This document shows positions 1 to 9,816 of a DNA stretch of 64,000 nt, one piece after another; the first letter of the stretch is position 1; each line of letters begins with the position of its first letter. The notes beneath the pieces are model-generated. The model did no database searches and had not been told where the DNA came from. It worked only from the letters and a program-made list of their open reading frames with translations. The stretch lies in the IMG/VR virus record IMGVR_UViG_3300013126_000013; one strand, given 5' to 3'. The translations under genes were made by a program, and so were the position numbers. This DNA comes from a virus (Duplodnaviria > Heunggongvirae > Uroviricota > Caudoviricetes).

Positions 1-657
1 AAACCCATAGCAGCACCGGCATGGAATGCATCGATGTTTGCACCAAGGAACATGAAGCCCCAGTTCTTGCCTTCAGACTTTTCGACCATTGCTTTGATGT
101 CGTCGTTACGGAAGGTGCGAGACTGATTCTCTTCACCGTCGGTCAGAACAGTGATAATGACCGACTCGCGATCAGCTTTCTTCTTGTCAGCTAGAAGAAG
201 GTTGATCTTCATCATGACGCCACCCATAGCGTCAAGAAGGTTGGTGTCACCGCTTGGACGATAGCTGGATTTGTCGAGGGGTTGAACCTCAGCCACGTCT
301 TGACGATCAAAGATCGCCCGAACGTCGTAGCCGTTGAACTTGTAGAGAGAGACAAGAGTCTTGATGCCGGTCTTTTCAGCGTCTTCTTTCTGAGCCTTCA
401 GATATTCGTTGTAGCCAGAGATGGTTTGTTCCCAGCAGGACGACATCGAAGAGGACTCGTCAAGGACGAAGATGATGTGCGAGAGATTCGGATTCTTGCC
501 GGCACGCTTCGGTTTGAAAGCTTGGCCAAGATTTGCAGGTTGAGCGATTGCTTGAGTCGCGAATGAACTAGGAATTGCAGAAGTAGTAGGTTGAACGTAT
601 CCACCGATGTATGTTGGGATAACGGATTCTTGCGCAGTAATGCGACGTGAATTTGCC
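1..657 (-). CDS. von Willebrand factor A (vWA) domain protein, 5' part only (gene continues left of window)
   Basis: ATG at 657 with GAGG RBS; translation has MIDAS DxSxS (VLDESSSMSS), GDTNL and TDGEEN motifs; absent from ORF track because truncated. Confidence 0.6.
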
Positions 658-1039
658 ATGTAAATGCCTCATGTGTAAATGTGTGTTGTGTGTAAGCGGG
701 CCCGTTCTGTTTCTAGGTGGTGCCCATACCCACAGGATTATGCGGCTAGCGCGTAAGCCTTAGGAGCAAAGTTTTCGTTTGCAGTTATAATTTTCTTGCG
801 TTAACCGAGCTTGCGCCGGGTAGCTCCATCCTGCCTAGTCCGCCTGTCGATCCTATTTCGAGCCCATCAAAGATACACTCGGATAATCCTAATGTGCTGG
901 CAGGATTTTACAGGATAGCCAGCACCCTCTATTGGTATAGCCAAGTGAAACTTGGAACCCAACCGAGTGTATCTATGGTGGACCCGCTGGGTACCGCCCC
1001 CAGGTCCAGAACGTGTTCAGTGAACATCATCACTACAAG

Positions 1040-1075
1040 TCTATTTATATCATATTATTCGCGAATGTCAACTAA
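1040..1075 (-). promoter_or_regulatory. phage promoter (TTGACAT -35 + A/T-rich -10), minus strand
   Basis: revcomp GTTGACATTCGCG..TATGATATAAATAG; member of the 36-copy family. Confidence 0.55.
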
Positions 1076-1178
1076 ATAGTTTAGCCCTTTTCATATCGTC
1101 GTTGCTTCTCAAGGTATTCTTCGTGTCTAGGCGTGGATGGAGCTTCTTTTTGTTCTTCCTGTTTCTCCATTCATCACC

Positions 1179-1445
1179 TCAGATACTTGGGTGTTGATAG
1201 ATATGTGAAGCTCTTCCTTCCTTAAAGGCAGTACCAACGTAAATTGAGTGTTCTGGAACAGCTCCTCCGGTTGGTACTACAGTAAAGGTTACATCAATTG
1301 GCACTACAGGTTTTTCGAGCGTTTCGTACCATACAGTTGGAATACCATCTCGTTCATGTGCAGTAAGAACTTTGAAGGCCCCGGCAGATGTTCGGATAGT
1401 TGCACTATCACTGGTGATCTGTACTCTTTGTACGACTCGAGTCAT
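1179..1445 (-). CDS. hypothetical protein (88 aa)
   Basis: ORF with AAGGAG RBS 8 nt upstream of ATG. Confidence 0.5.
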   Translation of the reverse strand: MTRVVQRVQITSDSATIRTSAGAFKVLTAHERDGIPTVWYETLEKPVVPIDVTFTVVPTGGAVPEHSIYVGTAFKEGRASHIYQHPSI

Positions 1446-1455
1446 GCCTTACTCC

Positions 1456-1983
1456 TTAGCGATAAAAGATGTGATTTTCGATTTGAGTAGTCTCTTCAAA
1501 CGATTTGCGCCACTTCGGTTTTACAGAGTCGGCGTGGTACATAGTTGCACCCATCGTAGGGTCGAATGAAGCACCATACGTATTTATAACTACAGTGGCA
1601 ACCTGTAAAGCTTGTTCGTACGATTCTTGATTTTGAATTTCGTCTGATTTACCGTCACAATACCAAGAGAACTGACACTGATTGCGCTTAGGCTGACCAT
1701 CTTTGCCAAGACGAGCTTGCTTAACAACCCCACAGATATCGTCTGGATAGCGATCGTCTGCAGCTCTATTAAGAGTTACATATGCAACTGCTCTTTGACC
1801 AAGCTCGGATTCACCTTTTGCTTCGTGGTAGATGTTGAGAGCTAAGCACTCACGTTGTTCATTATAATCTTCAATCGCCGAAGTGTTGAAGTCTGGGTTA
1901 TACGACGATGCTACTGCATGCGGCAAAAGAGAGATTATGGCTGCAGCCGTGATGGCTGAGCTTACGTTTACTAGAAATTTCAC
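1456..1983 (-). CDS. SleB/CwlJ-like cell-wall hydrolase (endolysin candidate) with signal peptide
   Basis: Hydrolase_2-like motifs (VTLNRAADDRYPDDICGVV, QFSWYCDG); likely GTG start at 1983 (alt 2010) before signal peptide KFLVNVSSAITAAAIISLL. Confidence 0.6.
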   Translation of the reverse strand: MKFLVNVSSAITAAAIISLLPHAVASSYNPDFNTSAIEDYNEQRECLALNIYHEAKGESELGQRAVAYVTLNRAADDRYPDDICGVVKQARLGKDGQPKRNQCQFSWYCDGKSDEIQNQESYEQALQVATVVINTYGASFDPTMGATMYHADSVKPKWRKSFEETTQIENHIFYR

Positions 1984-2080
1984 GGGAAATACTACCTCTG
2001 TTGTTTCCACTTTGGTAAAAATATTTATTCCATAGAAGTCACTACATCAACATTTAATTCTACAACGAGCAGAATTCTGC

Positions 2081-2428
2081 TCATTCCTTGTCTTCAATTC
2101 CAATGATGTCGAATTTGACCAGAAGAGAAAGAATATTCGCAGAGCCTTGGATGATAAGCCATGGTAGAGCAACAAATGCAATATAGCTGTATGGGCTCAT
2201 GTATACGAGAGTTGCCATAGTGATATAAATCATGTACACCATCAACATATGCAAGACGTCAAAGTCAGTTGAAAGGGCAGCTTGAGACAAACCGGTAAAC
2301 AAGCGAACCGCTACAAAATAGAACATTGAAGCAAGTAAAGCAAGAAAGAAGGCAGTTACTTCAATCGCTCCTTCGATTCCATAAGTGGCAGCCAAAGCAG
2401 CTGCCACTCCAAGATACTTAATCATCAT
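2081..2428 (-). CDS. small 4-TM membrane protein (holin-like, next to hydrolase)
   Basis: 115 aa, hydrophobic segments throughout; position adjacent to cell-wall hydrolase. Confidence 0.45.
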   Translation of the reverse strand: MMIKYLGVAAALAATYGIEGAIEVTAFFLALLASMFYFVAVRLFTGLSQAALSTDFDVLHMLMVYMIYITMATLVYMSPYSYIAFVALPWLIIQGSANILSLLVKFDIIGIEDKE

Positions 2429-2433
2429 TTGCT

Positions 2434-3576
2434 TCAGAAAGGAGATTCGTTGCGGTAGTCGTCATCGGGGTTCGTCGTAATGTGCGACTTACCGCTCGGA
2501 GCCGATGCAAGAGCATCGATCTTAGTGTAGAGGTCGACAAAGGCTGCACGAGTATCTTCATCGAAGCGAGAGACGCAGAGGTCGATCGACTTCTTACGAT
2601 CCTTGAAGATCGCGAAGGTCTGAGCGATGTGGCACAGTCGACGAGTGGAGATGATCTCGTCAATGCCACCTTCATCAAAGGTCTTGCGAATGGCAGCCGA
2701 CCATTTCGTCAGGTTCTCAGCAAAGTCTTCGTCGACTTGGCCAAAGAGCTCCATGTGCTTGACGACGATCTTCTTCTCGACCTGAGCCGTCGGGTAGGGT
2801 TGCTCCATCGTGATGGTGAAGCGCTCAAGGAAAGCTTCGTCGATGATCGTAGCGGCGATGAAGCGGCCATCCTCGGAACCTTTACCTTTGGTGTTCGAGG
2901 TGGCGATGATGTTGAAGCCAGCAGCCGGAGTCACAAGCTCACCAGTCTTCTTGATGAGAACAGGCTTACCTTCGAGAACACCCTGAAGAGCCATCAGCTT
3001 GTTCGAACCACGGTCGATCTCGTCGACCAGCAGCATTGCGCCAGCTTCCATCGCTTTGATGACCGGACCTTTCGAGAAGATGGTCTCACCATTCACAAGG
3101 CGGAAGCCACCGATCAAGTCATCTTCGTCAGTCTCAGGAGTGATCTGAACCCGGATGTATTCGCGACCAGCTTCAGCGCAAGCCTGTTCGACCATCATAG
3201 TCTTGCCGTTACCCGACAAGCCGGTAAGATAAACAGGGTAGAACATGCGGGACTCAATGATGGTCGAGATGTCTTTGAAGTGACCCCACTTGACGTAGGT
3301 TTTCACGCGCTTGGGGATGTAGGTGCCTTCTTCCGAGAGGACGATCGTCGGCTGGGCGGTGGCAGTAGTGTTCAACGGAATAACTTTCGCAGAGAAGTCG
3401 ACCACTCCGCGCTTAACAGCAGGAACAGACTTGATCGCTTCCCAGACGGTTTTCGGACGAAAGCCATTTGCCTTTCCGAAGTCAAGAAGTTCTTTACGAG
3501 AGTAGGTTTCTTTACCGCCTTTAGCCGAGCGGATCGAGTCGATGAAAGTTTGGGCGTCAGACATAAGAGTCTCCAT
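2434..3576 (-). CDS. AAA+ ATPase, CobS/MoxR-like
   Basis: Walker A GLSGNGKT, Walker B LLVDEID, sensor ATSNTKG; 380 aa. Confidence 0.7.
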   Translation of the reverse strand: METLMSDAQTFIDSIRSAKGGKETYSRKELLDFGKANGFRPKTVWEAIKSVPAVKRGVVDFSAKVIPLNTTATAQPTIVLSEEGTYIPKRVKTYVKWGHFKDISTIIESRMFYPVYLTGLSGNGKTMMVEQACAEAGREYIRVQITPETDEDDLIGGFRLVNGETIFSKGPVIKAMEAGAMLLVDEIDRGSNKLMALQGVLEGKPVLIKKTGELVTPAAGFNIIATSNTKGKGSEDGRFIAATIIDEAFLERFTITMEQPYPTAQVEKKIVVKHMELFGQVDEDFAENLTKWSAAIRKTFDEGGIDEIISTRRLCHIAQTFAIFKDRKKSIDLCVSRFDEDTRAAFVDLYTKIDALASAPSGKSHITTNPDDDYRNESPF

Positions 3577-3589
3577 GATTTAGCCATTC

Positions 3590-3630
3590 ACTTATTCTAT
3601 ATAAGTCAGTTAAGGGGAAATGTCAACCCC
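3590..3630 (-). promoter_or_regulatory. phage promoter (TTGACAT family)
   Basis: revcomp GGGGTTGACATTTCCCCTTAACTGACTTATATAG. Confidence 0.6.
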
Positions 3631-5754
3631 TTAACTGATAATTTGTGCAAAATTTGCAGCGATCATTCGATCTTGCTTACGCTTGAAAGCCTTGTTAGTA
3701 AAGGCCGAAGCAATGTTACGAGTATCAGAATCAAGATCTTCGTCTTCATCTTCTTCGTCCTTAGTCGAAGAAGTGTTACCAAGAACAGTGAAGATCTGAC
3801 GGTCATATCCATCACGGTTATCCACCGCAATGCAACCATTCTTGTTAACCGTAGCAATAGCATCGGCTAGTTCTTGGCCATCAATGCCGAGGTAGCGCTT
3901 CAGCCCCGAAGTGCCGATCAGGTGGTAGTTCATAGTGCGAACACCCATAGCACGTAGGCCATTCAGGATGCAAGGAGTAGTCTTGCCATAGCCATAGCTG
4001 ACTTCGATCTTCTGGCCAAGGATCTCAATCACTCGCTTCCTGTAACCAGACTTATTGCCACCCAAATCGATGCCGTTTTCAATAAACAAGCCTTCGCCTG
4101 CGCCATCAGTCAACGTGATGAAGTTCATCTTTTGGACCTGATGTTTAGCCTTGAAGTCGGCGATGTGGTGGAACATGGCCAAGATCGAAGTGTCGAGAGG
4201 AGTGCCACCCATTTCTTCAAGTGCACCCTTCCATTGGCGACGGCCATTACCAGTCTGAGCAAAGAGAGCTTTGAAAGCTTCTTCATAGACCTTCTTCGGC
4301 ATTGACGAGTCGATCAGCTTGAAGAGGTGAGTGTTGCTCATGCCGACAGAGGTCAGATGATGCTTAGCAGCACGAACACGAACACCGAAGTCCGGACCAA
4401 CACCGTAGGGGTTGGTGAAGCCATAGACTTCAAACGGAATGTTCACACGCTTACAGAAGGTGGCAAGGATGAGAACCTGCTTGATCACTTTTGGCAGGAC
4501 AGTATCCATCGAGCAAGAGTAATCAATCAGCATCATCATACCGTGCGACTTGTCGTCGTCGAGATGAGTCACTTGTTTAAAGAGGTTGTCTTCGAACTTA
4601 TACTTGTGAAGCACGTTGACGTCAAGCGAACCTTTAGTCGATGTCCGTGCCCGAGCGAAGCGACGAGCAGTCTTACGCATCTCGAACTCTTTTACCATCA
4701 CGGTAACAGAGTCTTTGATATCAGAAAGAAAGCGAATATACTTTCTAGTAGGGAAGTCAGCCGAGTCGACTTTCTTCCAGCGACCTTTCTTCACAGCTTC
4801 GTAGGGAGAAGTGACAGCATTAGCCAATGCTTTGCTCGGCCCTTTGGCATAGAGAGTCGACCCACCGGCATTGATCGAGTCAACAAGCGAGCGAGCAATG
4901 GCTGAACGGAAGAGAGAGTCGGTCTCGACAACATCAGGGTTATCTTCAGTCGTGATGGTGATGGGAGCATCACCGTCTTCAGTCGACTTGTCTTCTTCGT
5001 TGAAGCTGTCGATGTCGACTTCAATCTCGACTTCGCCGCTGAGAATAGCTTCTTTCAGCTCTTCCGACATCGGCTCGGCTTCACCACCACCTTTGCCTTT
5101 CGTGATGATGATCTTTTCAGGGATCGGCTGAGGCATCTTGATGCCGGCTTCTTTAGCAGCTTTCTCAGCTTCTTCCTGAGCCTTGCGAGCAGCTTCGAGT
5201 TCTTCTTTCATGAACGCATAGAGTTCACTGCAGGAAGCCATAACATCTTCCCATGTTTCAACTGCCATGGCACGGTCAACGTAGGGTTGCTCTTTGCTGG
5301 AGAACCTGACGTTGACAAGGCCGCGGCTTTTCGCGAAGATGTTCAGACGGTTCATGAAAGAAAGACCGTTGACGTCTTCTTCTTTGATACCGAAGAAGTC
5401 GCGATCAAGAAGATCTTGATAGCCACGCATGAAAGAACCGAGAAGACCCGGAAACTCGCGAAGCACAAGCTTCTCGATGCGGATGTCTTCAACGATGTTG
5501 ATGTACGAGCGAGGGCAACCAGGAATTTGAGCAGTCGACTCGTGCCAACCTTCAGCCGGAGTGTGAAGGGCATGGCCAATTTCGTGGCCGACGAGCAGAT
5601 CGTAGAGGTCGTTCCCGACGTCTTTCCAATAAGGAAGACCAAGGATACGGCGTTCAACGTCAAAGAAAGCGGTGTGATGGTTAGTCTGTTCAACAGTGAT
5701 GTTCTCACGAGCGAGAAGACGAGCGAGGATAGACTTTTTTGCAAGTGCGGTCAT
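3631..5754 (-). CDS. CobT-like vWA-domain protein with HExxH metallopeptidase-like motif
   Basis: 707 aa; HEIGHALH; MIDAS DYSCSMD; paired with upstream CobS-like ATPase. Confidence 0.55.
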   Translation of the reverse strand: MTALAKKSILARLLARENITVEQTNHHTAFFDVERRILGLPYWKDVGNDLYDLLVGHEIGHALHTPAEGWHESTAQIPGCPRSYINIVEDIRIEKLVLREFPGLLGSFMRGYQDLLDRDFFGIKEEDVNGLSFMNRLNIFAKSRGLVNVRFSSKEQPYVDRAMAVETWEDVMASCSELYAFMKEELEAARKAQEEAEKAAKEAGIKMPQPIPEKIIITKGKGGGEAEPMSEELKEAILSGEVEIEVDIDSFNEEDKSTEDGDAPITITTEDNPDVVETDSLFRSAIARSLVDSINAGGSTLYAKGPSKALANAVTSPYEAVKKGRWKKVDSADFPTRKYIRFLSDIKDSVTVMVKEFEMRKTARRFARARTSTKGSLDVNVLHKYKFEDNLFKQVTHLDDDKSHGMMMLIDYSCSMDTVLPKVIKQVLILATFCKRVNIPFEVYGFTNPYGVGPDFGVRVRAAKHHLTSVGMSNTHLFKLIDSSMPKKVYEEAFKALFAQTGNGRRQWKGALEEMGGTPLDTSILAMFHHIADFKAKHQVQKMNFITLTDGAGEGLFIENGIDLGGNKSGYRKRVIEILGQKIEVSYGYGKTTPCILNGLRAMGVRTMNYHLIGTSGLKRYLGIDGQELADAIATVNKNGCIAVDNRDGYDRQIFTVLGNTSSTKDEEDEDEDLDSDTRNIASAFTNKAFKRKQDRMIAANFAQIIS

Positions 5755-5769
5755 GTCGGATTCCTTTCC

Positions 5770-5808
5770 TGAGACCAGTCTATACTATACACAAGTGAAT
5801 GTCAACAA
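5770..5808 (-). promoter_or_regulatory. phage promoter (TTGACAT family)
   Basis: GTGAATGTCAACAAAAAAG on plus; -10 TATAGTATAG on minus. Confidence 0.55.
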
Positions 5809-5819
5809 AAAAGTGCAGG

Positions 5820-6170
5820 TTATTTCACCTGCACGTAAGGTTTGCACCAGTCTCCTACAGAGAGCGAGAAGTAGTAGGCGGTATGAAAGTAGTCGACCAT
5901 CGAGTCTGAGTGATCGAACCAGTCTTGACTCTTGATGATGTCGAGCATTTTCGAGAACAGAGGTTCAAACTTACCCGACATGTAGAGGTGGTACTGGTTC
6001 ACTTGATGATGACCGTTGGTAGCGATCTCAGAGAAGTCGACCGGACCTTTCAGGATGTTAACGTCGACACTGGTGTGATGGCTCTTGCGTACCGAGAACT
6101 TGAAACCTGGAAACTCAGCTTTGAGACGATCGCGAATGTTCTTCACTTCTTCAGTCGAGATGTAGGCCAT
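5820..6170 (-). CDS. hypothetical protein (116 aa)
   Basis: ORF downstream of family promoter. Confidence 0.45.
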   Translation of the reverse strand: MAYISTEEVKNIRDRLKAEFPGFKFSVRKSHHTSVDVNILKGPVDFSEIATNGHHQVNQYHLYMSGKFEPLFSKMLDIIKSQDWFDHSDSMVDYFHTAYYFSLSVGDWCKPYVQVK

Positions 6171-6189
6171 GATGGCACCTTTCTGTTGT

Positions 6190-6232
6190 TTACTATATAG
6201 ATATAAACACTCACTTGCTAAATGTCAATAGC
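6190..6232 (-). promoter_or_regulatory. phage promoter (TTGACAT family)
   Basis: revcomp TATTGACATTTAGCAAGTGAGTGTTTATATCTATATAG. Confidence 0.55.
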
Positions 6233-6235
6233 TAA

Positions 6236-6580
6236 TCACACAAGTCCGTCGTATTTACCCATAGCGACCCAACCAAAATTGTCGCAGAAGTAGCAGACAC
6301 CATCCTTCACAGCGATATCACCGACAGAAGTACTCGACCCCGGGCGAACGCGAGTCACGAGATGATCGTTCCAGAGGTTCGTCGACTCGAAGGCTTGATC
6401 AAGATTATCAGTGTCGACTTCGTACACCTTCGAGAAGAACGGTACATACTCAGCTTTCCATCTATTAAAGCCAATCATCAGCGAAGTCTTTGCGTGCACG
6501 GCAGGAACTGCGCCGAACCCTTCAGCATTGGCTCGAGCGACGTCAGAGCCGTTCAGTAGAATTTGATAGATTGCGATCAT
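6236..6580 (-). CDS. hypothetical protein (114 aa)
   Basis: ORF. Confidence 0.45.
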   Translation of the reverse strand: MIAIYQILLNGSDVARANAEGFGAVPAVHAKTSLMIGFNRWKAEYVPFFSKVYEVDTDNLDQAFESTNLWNDHLVTRVRPGSSTSVGDIAVKDGVCYFCDNFGWVAMGKYDGLV

Positions 6581-6599
6581 GAGAAGCTCCTTTGCTTAC

Positions 6600-6637
6600 T
6601 ATTCAGATATAAGCACTCGCATTACAAATGTCAATAC
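6600..6637 (-). promoter_or_regulatory. phage promoter (TTGACAT family)
   Basis: CAAATGTCAATACC on plus; AT-rich -10 on minus. Confidence 0.5.
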
Positions 6638-6843
6638 CTTTCGATCAAAATTTGTACAATTTTTTGAATATCTTCCAGCGTACCAGACTCGATGAGCTTC
6701 ACCATCTCGGCTTTCTGTTTTTGACGGTAGATGTCCATGAAGTACTTCTTTGCTTCCATCATACTTACGCCGAACTGTTCGCGATACTGACGAACATCTT
6801 CGGCGCTGAAGCCATACTCATTTTTCACTTCACTGTAAACCAT
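6631..6843 (-). CDS. hypothetical protein (70 aa)
   Basis: ORF. Confidence 0.4.
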   Translation of the reverse strand: MVYSEVKNEYGFSAEDVRQYREQFGVSMMEAKKYFMDIYRQKQKAEMVKLIESGTLEDIQKIVQILIERY

Positions 6844-7424
6844 TCCGGCACCTCACGATTTGTCCAAGCCATCTTGAAACGTTCTTGTTTGGTTTGGTAG
6901 AACTCACGGTACGAACGAACAGGATCATTCGGATACATGCATTCAGGGTTCGACTTCATGGCAAGAGGCTGTTGAGTGAGAGGACCAACCTCGATGTTAC
7001 GAGGAAGCTGCTTCAGCTTCTCACGAAGAAGAGTATCAGTCGCATGCACCTTGCCATAGCGATAAGTGTATTCGTCACACAGAGCAGCAAAGTGAACCCA
7101 GTGCCAAGTGTAGTTGTTGTTTGACACCATCGTCCAGACTGTACACGGGTGGCCGACATGTACCGCTTTGTACAGCACATCTTCGCGATCATCTGGAAGA
7201 GTCCAGTGCTTCGACATAGTCTTGCCAGATTTAGAAGGTGCTCGCTTGAGTTTACCGTCGAGCATGCGATGCGCAGTTGATAGCATCTGAGCTGACTCGA
7301 CGATCATTTTTACTACATGTGCATTACATTGTAGTTGTGCTGCTTCAACTGGATCTTTCGAAAGTACGAAGATATTCATCAAGTTCATCCCAAAGTTTAG
7401 GGTCGTTGACCCCGTGTTCTTCAT
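6825..7424 (-). CDS. hypothetical protein (start uncertain, may be M13/M16)
   Basis: 199-aa ORF overlapping 3' end of upstream gene. Confidence 0.4.
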   Translation of the reverse strand: MKNTGSTTLNFGMNLMNIFVLSKDPVEAAQLQCNAHVVKMIVESAQMLSTAHRMLDGKLKRAPSKSGKTMSKHWTLPDDREDVLYKAVHVGHPCTVWTMVSNNNYTWHWVHFAALCDEYTYRYGKVHATDTLLREKLKQLPRNIEVGPLTQQPLAMKSNPECMYPNDPVRSYREFYQTKQERFKMAWTNREVPEWFTVK

Positions 7425-8040
7425 CTATGAAGACTATATCATAGCCTTGTTCGATTGTACATACCATTTTTGATATATTTAGATCTAGGTTTTGCTTCCA
7501 CGTCCAGTCGCTCTTGATTTCAACGATCAGATCGAGTTCAACAATGTAGAAGTCAGGGTAGTAGTGCCTTGACGTTCCTTCATGGGTGTATTCTATTCTA
7601 GACGGAACTTCTAAGGTGTACCCGCATTGTTCAGCAAAATCAACAAAAAGTTTTTCATAAGCAGACCTACACACAAATCCCTTGTATCTTTCTGCAACGG
7701 AATGTTTAGTTAAATATCCGTTTGAAACACCATATCGTTCAACCATTGTATCACGGCGCTTATCTATTAAGCTTTGCGGTTGAGTTCGCCCAGTCCAATA
7801 TGAGGTCGGTGCTATGTGATTAGATCTACACTTAGGTGAGCAATACTCGCGGTATCCTTCACCGAGATTACGAAACTTTTTAGCGGCACCACATTTGCAT
7901 ATCTGGCTAACCTCTTTTATGTATATATCGTAGTATTCTTTCTTTGAAATATTATGATTTCTAATGTGTTTGGCCAACCCATTCACATTATTGAATTCCT
8001 TTTTGCAAATATTACAAATAGCCATGCTAATCTCCTTCAT
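7345..8040 (-). CDS. Zn-finger + PD-(D/E)xK nuclease-like protein (homing-endonuclease-like)
   Basis: N-term CNICKKEF..HIRNH C2H2-like; C-term YYPDFYIVELDLIVEIK (PD..ExK); paralog of 58455..59117. Confidence 0.5.
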   Translation of the reverse strand: MKEISMAICNICKKEFNNVNGLAKHIRNHNISKKEYYDIYIKEVSQICKCGAAKKFRNLGEGYREYCSPKCRSNHIAPTSYWTGRTQPQSLIDKRRDTMVERYGVSNGYLTKHSVAERYKGFVCRSAYEKLFVDFAEQCGYTLEVPSRIEYTHEGTSRHYYPDFYIVELDLIVEIKSDWTWKQNLDLNISKMVCTIEQGYDIVFIDEEHGVNDPKLWDELDEYLRTFERSS

Positions 8041-8397
8041 GACTATTTATACAATTATGTATTTACAATGTGTTTGTCGAGGATGAAGAGGTTCATATTA
8101 TTTCCAGTACGTTTGACCGACGCCGAGAAGGCCTAGCTGTACAGATTTAATATGATAGCAGACATATGTCAACCGTTTTTTGCATGTGCAAGAAAAACCC
8201 TCATCATGCATGACAACCTCGCAGCCACGAAATGGCCAAGCTGTGCCAACAAGATGAGAGCCTTGAGTTAAGATTTTGTTATGCTGAAAGTATGTCATGA
8301 TAAGGCATAGACCATCATAAAGACTAGCACACCAAAACTAGCACCTAAAAAGATGCTGGCGATGAGTCCCCAGATAATTGCGTTGAGCAGGTCATCA

Positions 8398-8592
8398 TCA
8401 CTTAGTCGCATGGTAGTACGCGATCAGTTGTTTGTCTGCAGCCGTCAACTTCGAAAGCTCGCTCTTGTCTTTCAAGCGAGTCAGACGATCTGACAACGAG
8501 GCAAGAGCATTGCTGATCGTGTCGTTCTTGTGAGTAGCGGCCATGGCCGACATACCGTGCGAAAGTTCGAAGATGGTGCGTTCAAAAGTCAT
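8398..8592 (-). CDS. hypothetical protein (64 aa)
   Basis: ORF. Confidence 0.4.
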   Translation of the reverse strand: MTFERTIFELSHGMSAMAATHKNDTISNALASLSDRLTRLKDKSELSKLTAADKQLIAYYHATK

Positions 8593-8602
8593 ATCGTTCT
8601 CC

Positions 8603-8757
8603 TTAGAGGTCAGCCATGGTCATGATACGGTCAAGACGAAGTTCGAGGTTCTTGACCTTCATATTTGCAACATCTTTCTCGACGATAGTCGAGGCTTTCA
8701 TCAGGTCTTCTTTGGCTTTGATGAGGAGGTCGGTGAGGATCGTGACGATGTCAGACA
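8603..8757 (-). CDS. small hypothetical protein (50 aa)
   Basis: sub-threshold ORF; stop overlaps AAGGAG RBS of next gene. Confidence 0.3.
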
Positions 8758-8774
8758 TGTTCTACTCCATTGCT

Positions 8775-8815
8775 TACTAGTTAGATATAGTACTTGGCAA
8801 CGGAAATGTCAACCG
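8775..8815 (-). promoter_or_regulatory. phage promoter (extended consensus copy)
   Basis: CTTACTAGTTAGATATAGTACTTGGCAACGGAAATGTCAACC; near-identical to copies at 37575 and 61110. Confidence 0.6.
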
Positions 8816-8904
8816 GTAAAATGCACTTTTTGCAAATTATTTTCTTGTTGACAACTTTGGCAGGTTGTGTATAATACCTTTAAGGTCTTCAGAATACTTT
8901 GATA

Positions 8905-9249
8905 TTAGATTCCATTAATCTGCTGATACTTCTTCCGTAGATCCATAAACTGTGGTAGCCAGTTCAGTGGCTGTTCTACAAAGATCTGTGGTTGTTCATC
9001 ATCAACCATAACGAGAGTAACAATCTGTTTGATTGGAATACCAGTCAGCTCGTAGAACGCTGCAGCATAGAATGACTCTTGCATGAAGTAACCATTCGTA
9101 TAAATAGTACTGATCGCGGAGGTACCAGCTCCCATCAGCTCTAGAAAACAAAAGGAATTCCCAGCATGGCTATTTATTACACATACCTTATAGGTTGGTC
9201 GAAACTCAATAGATGGTATTATGGCGTTAGATATGCTAAAGATGCTCAT
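8905..9249 (-). pseudogene. truncated duplicate of the 3' end of nuclease gene 9802..10554
   Basis: last ~58 aa (AAFYELTGIPIKQIVTLVMVDDEQPQIF..RKKYQQINGI) parallel C-terminus of the 250-aa gene; N-terminal part unrelated. Confidence 0.55.
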
Positions 9250-9816
9250 CCAAATGAACTGTGGATGAGATATTTTACATCTTCTAAGGTTGTTAAGAAG
9301 TTTGTAGAGATCAATGGTGAACCAGACGTAATTGAAATTCGTAAAACCTTTGATTCGCCATCTAAAGCTCGTTTATGGGAATCTAGAGTTCTCACTAGAA
9401 TGAGAGTTTCTAGTGATAACAGATTTCTTAATATAACTACTAATGCTGCTCCAGTATCTCCTTCAGAATTACCTAAGGAAGTAGAAGATCTTAGACGATC
9501 AAAAATATCATCTTCGCATAAGATCGGAAATATACAATATCGATCACAAAAAGAATCATACCCAGATTCTGCTAAGTCAATTATTTCCCAAAAGACTAAA
9601 GATAGATGGGCCAAAACCGACAAAACCATTCTATCTGAAAAGATGAAACAGGGGTGGAAGAACATGACCCAAGAATCTGAAGAAATGAGAAAAGAATCTT
9701 GGAAGAAAGCGTACCACGCTAAACCATTGTTAGAGTGTCCACATTGCGGCAAAACTGGCAAAAACCGAAGCGCAATGAGTAGATGGCATTTCACAAACTG
9801 TTCATATACCCTTTAA
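9166..9816 (+). mobile_element. GIY-YIG homing endonuclease gene (216 aa)
   Basis: IYYTYLIGW..YYGVRY GIY-YIG motif; plus-strand insertion among minus genes; C-terminal CPHCGKTG Zn-finger-like. Confidence 0.75.

Noticed and set aside
2482-3870. 462-aa plus-strand ORF (and similar long plus ORFs at 19511..20698, 27022..27954, 31421..32299, 33887..34621, 35541..36551)
   Set aside because: Each lies antisense to a minus-strand gene with clear homology (CobS-like ATPase, CCA enzyme, RNA ligase, SPFH, NadV, NatV). They have low-complexity translations and no RBS, so they are mirror-frame artefacts.
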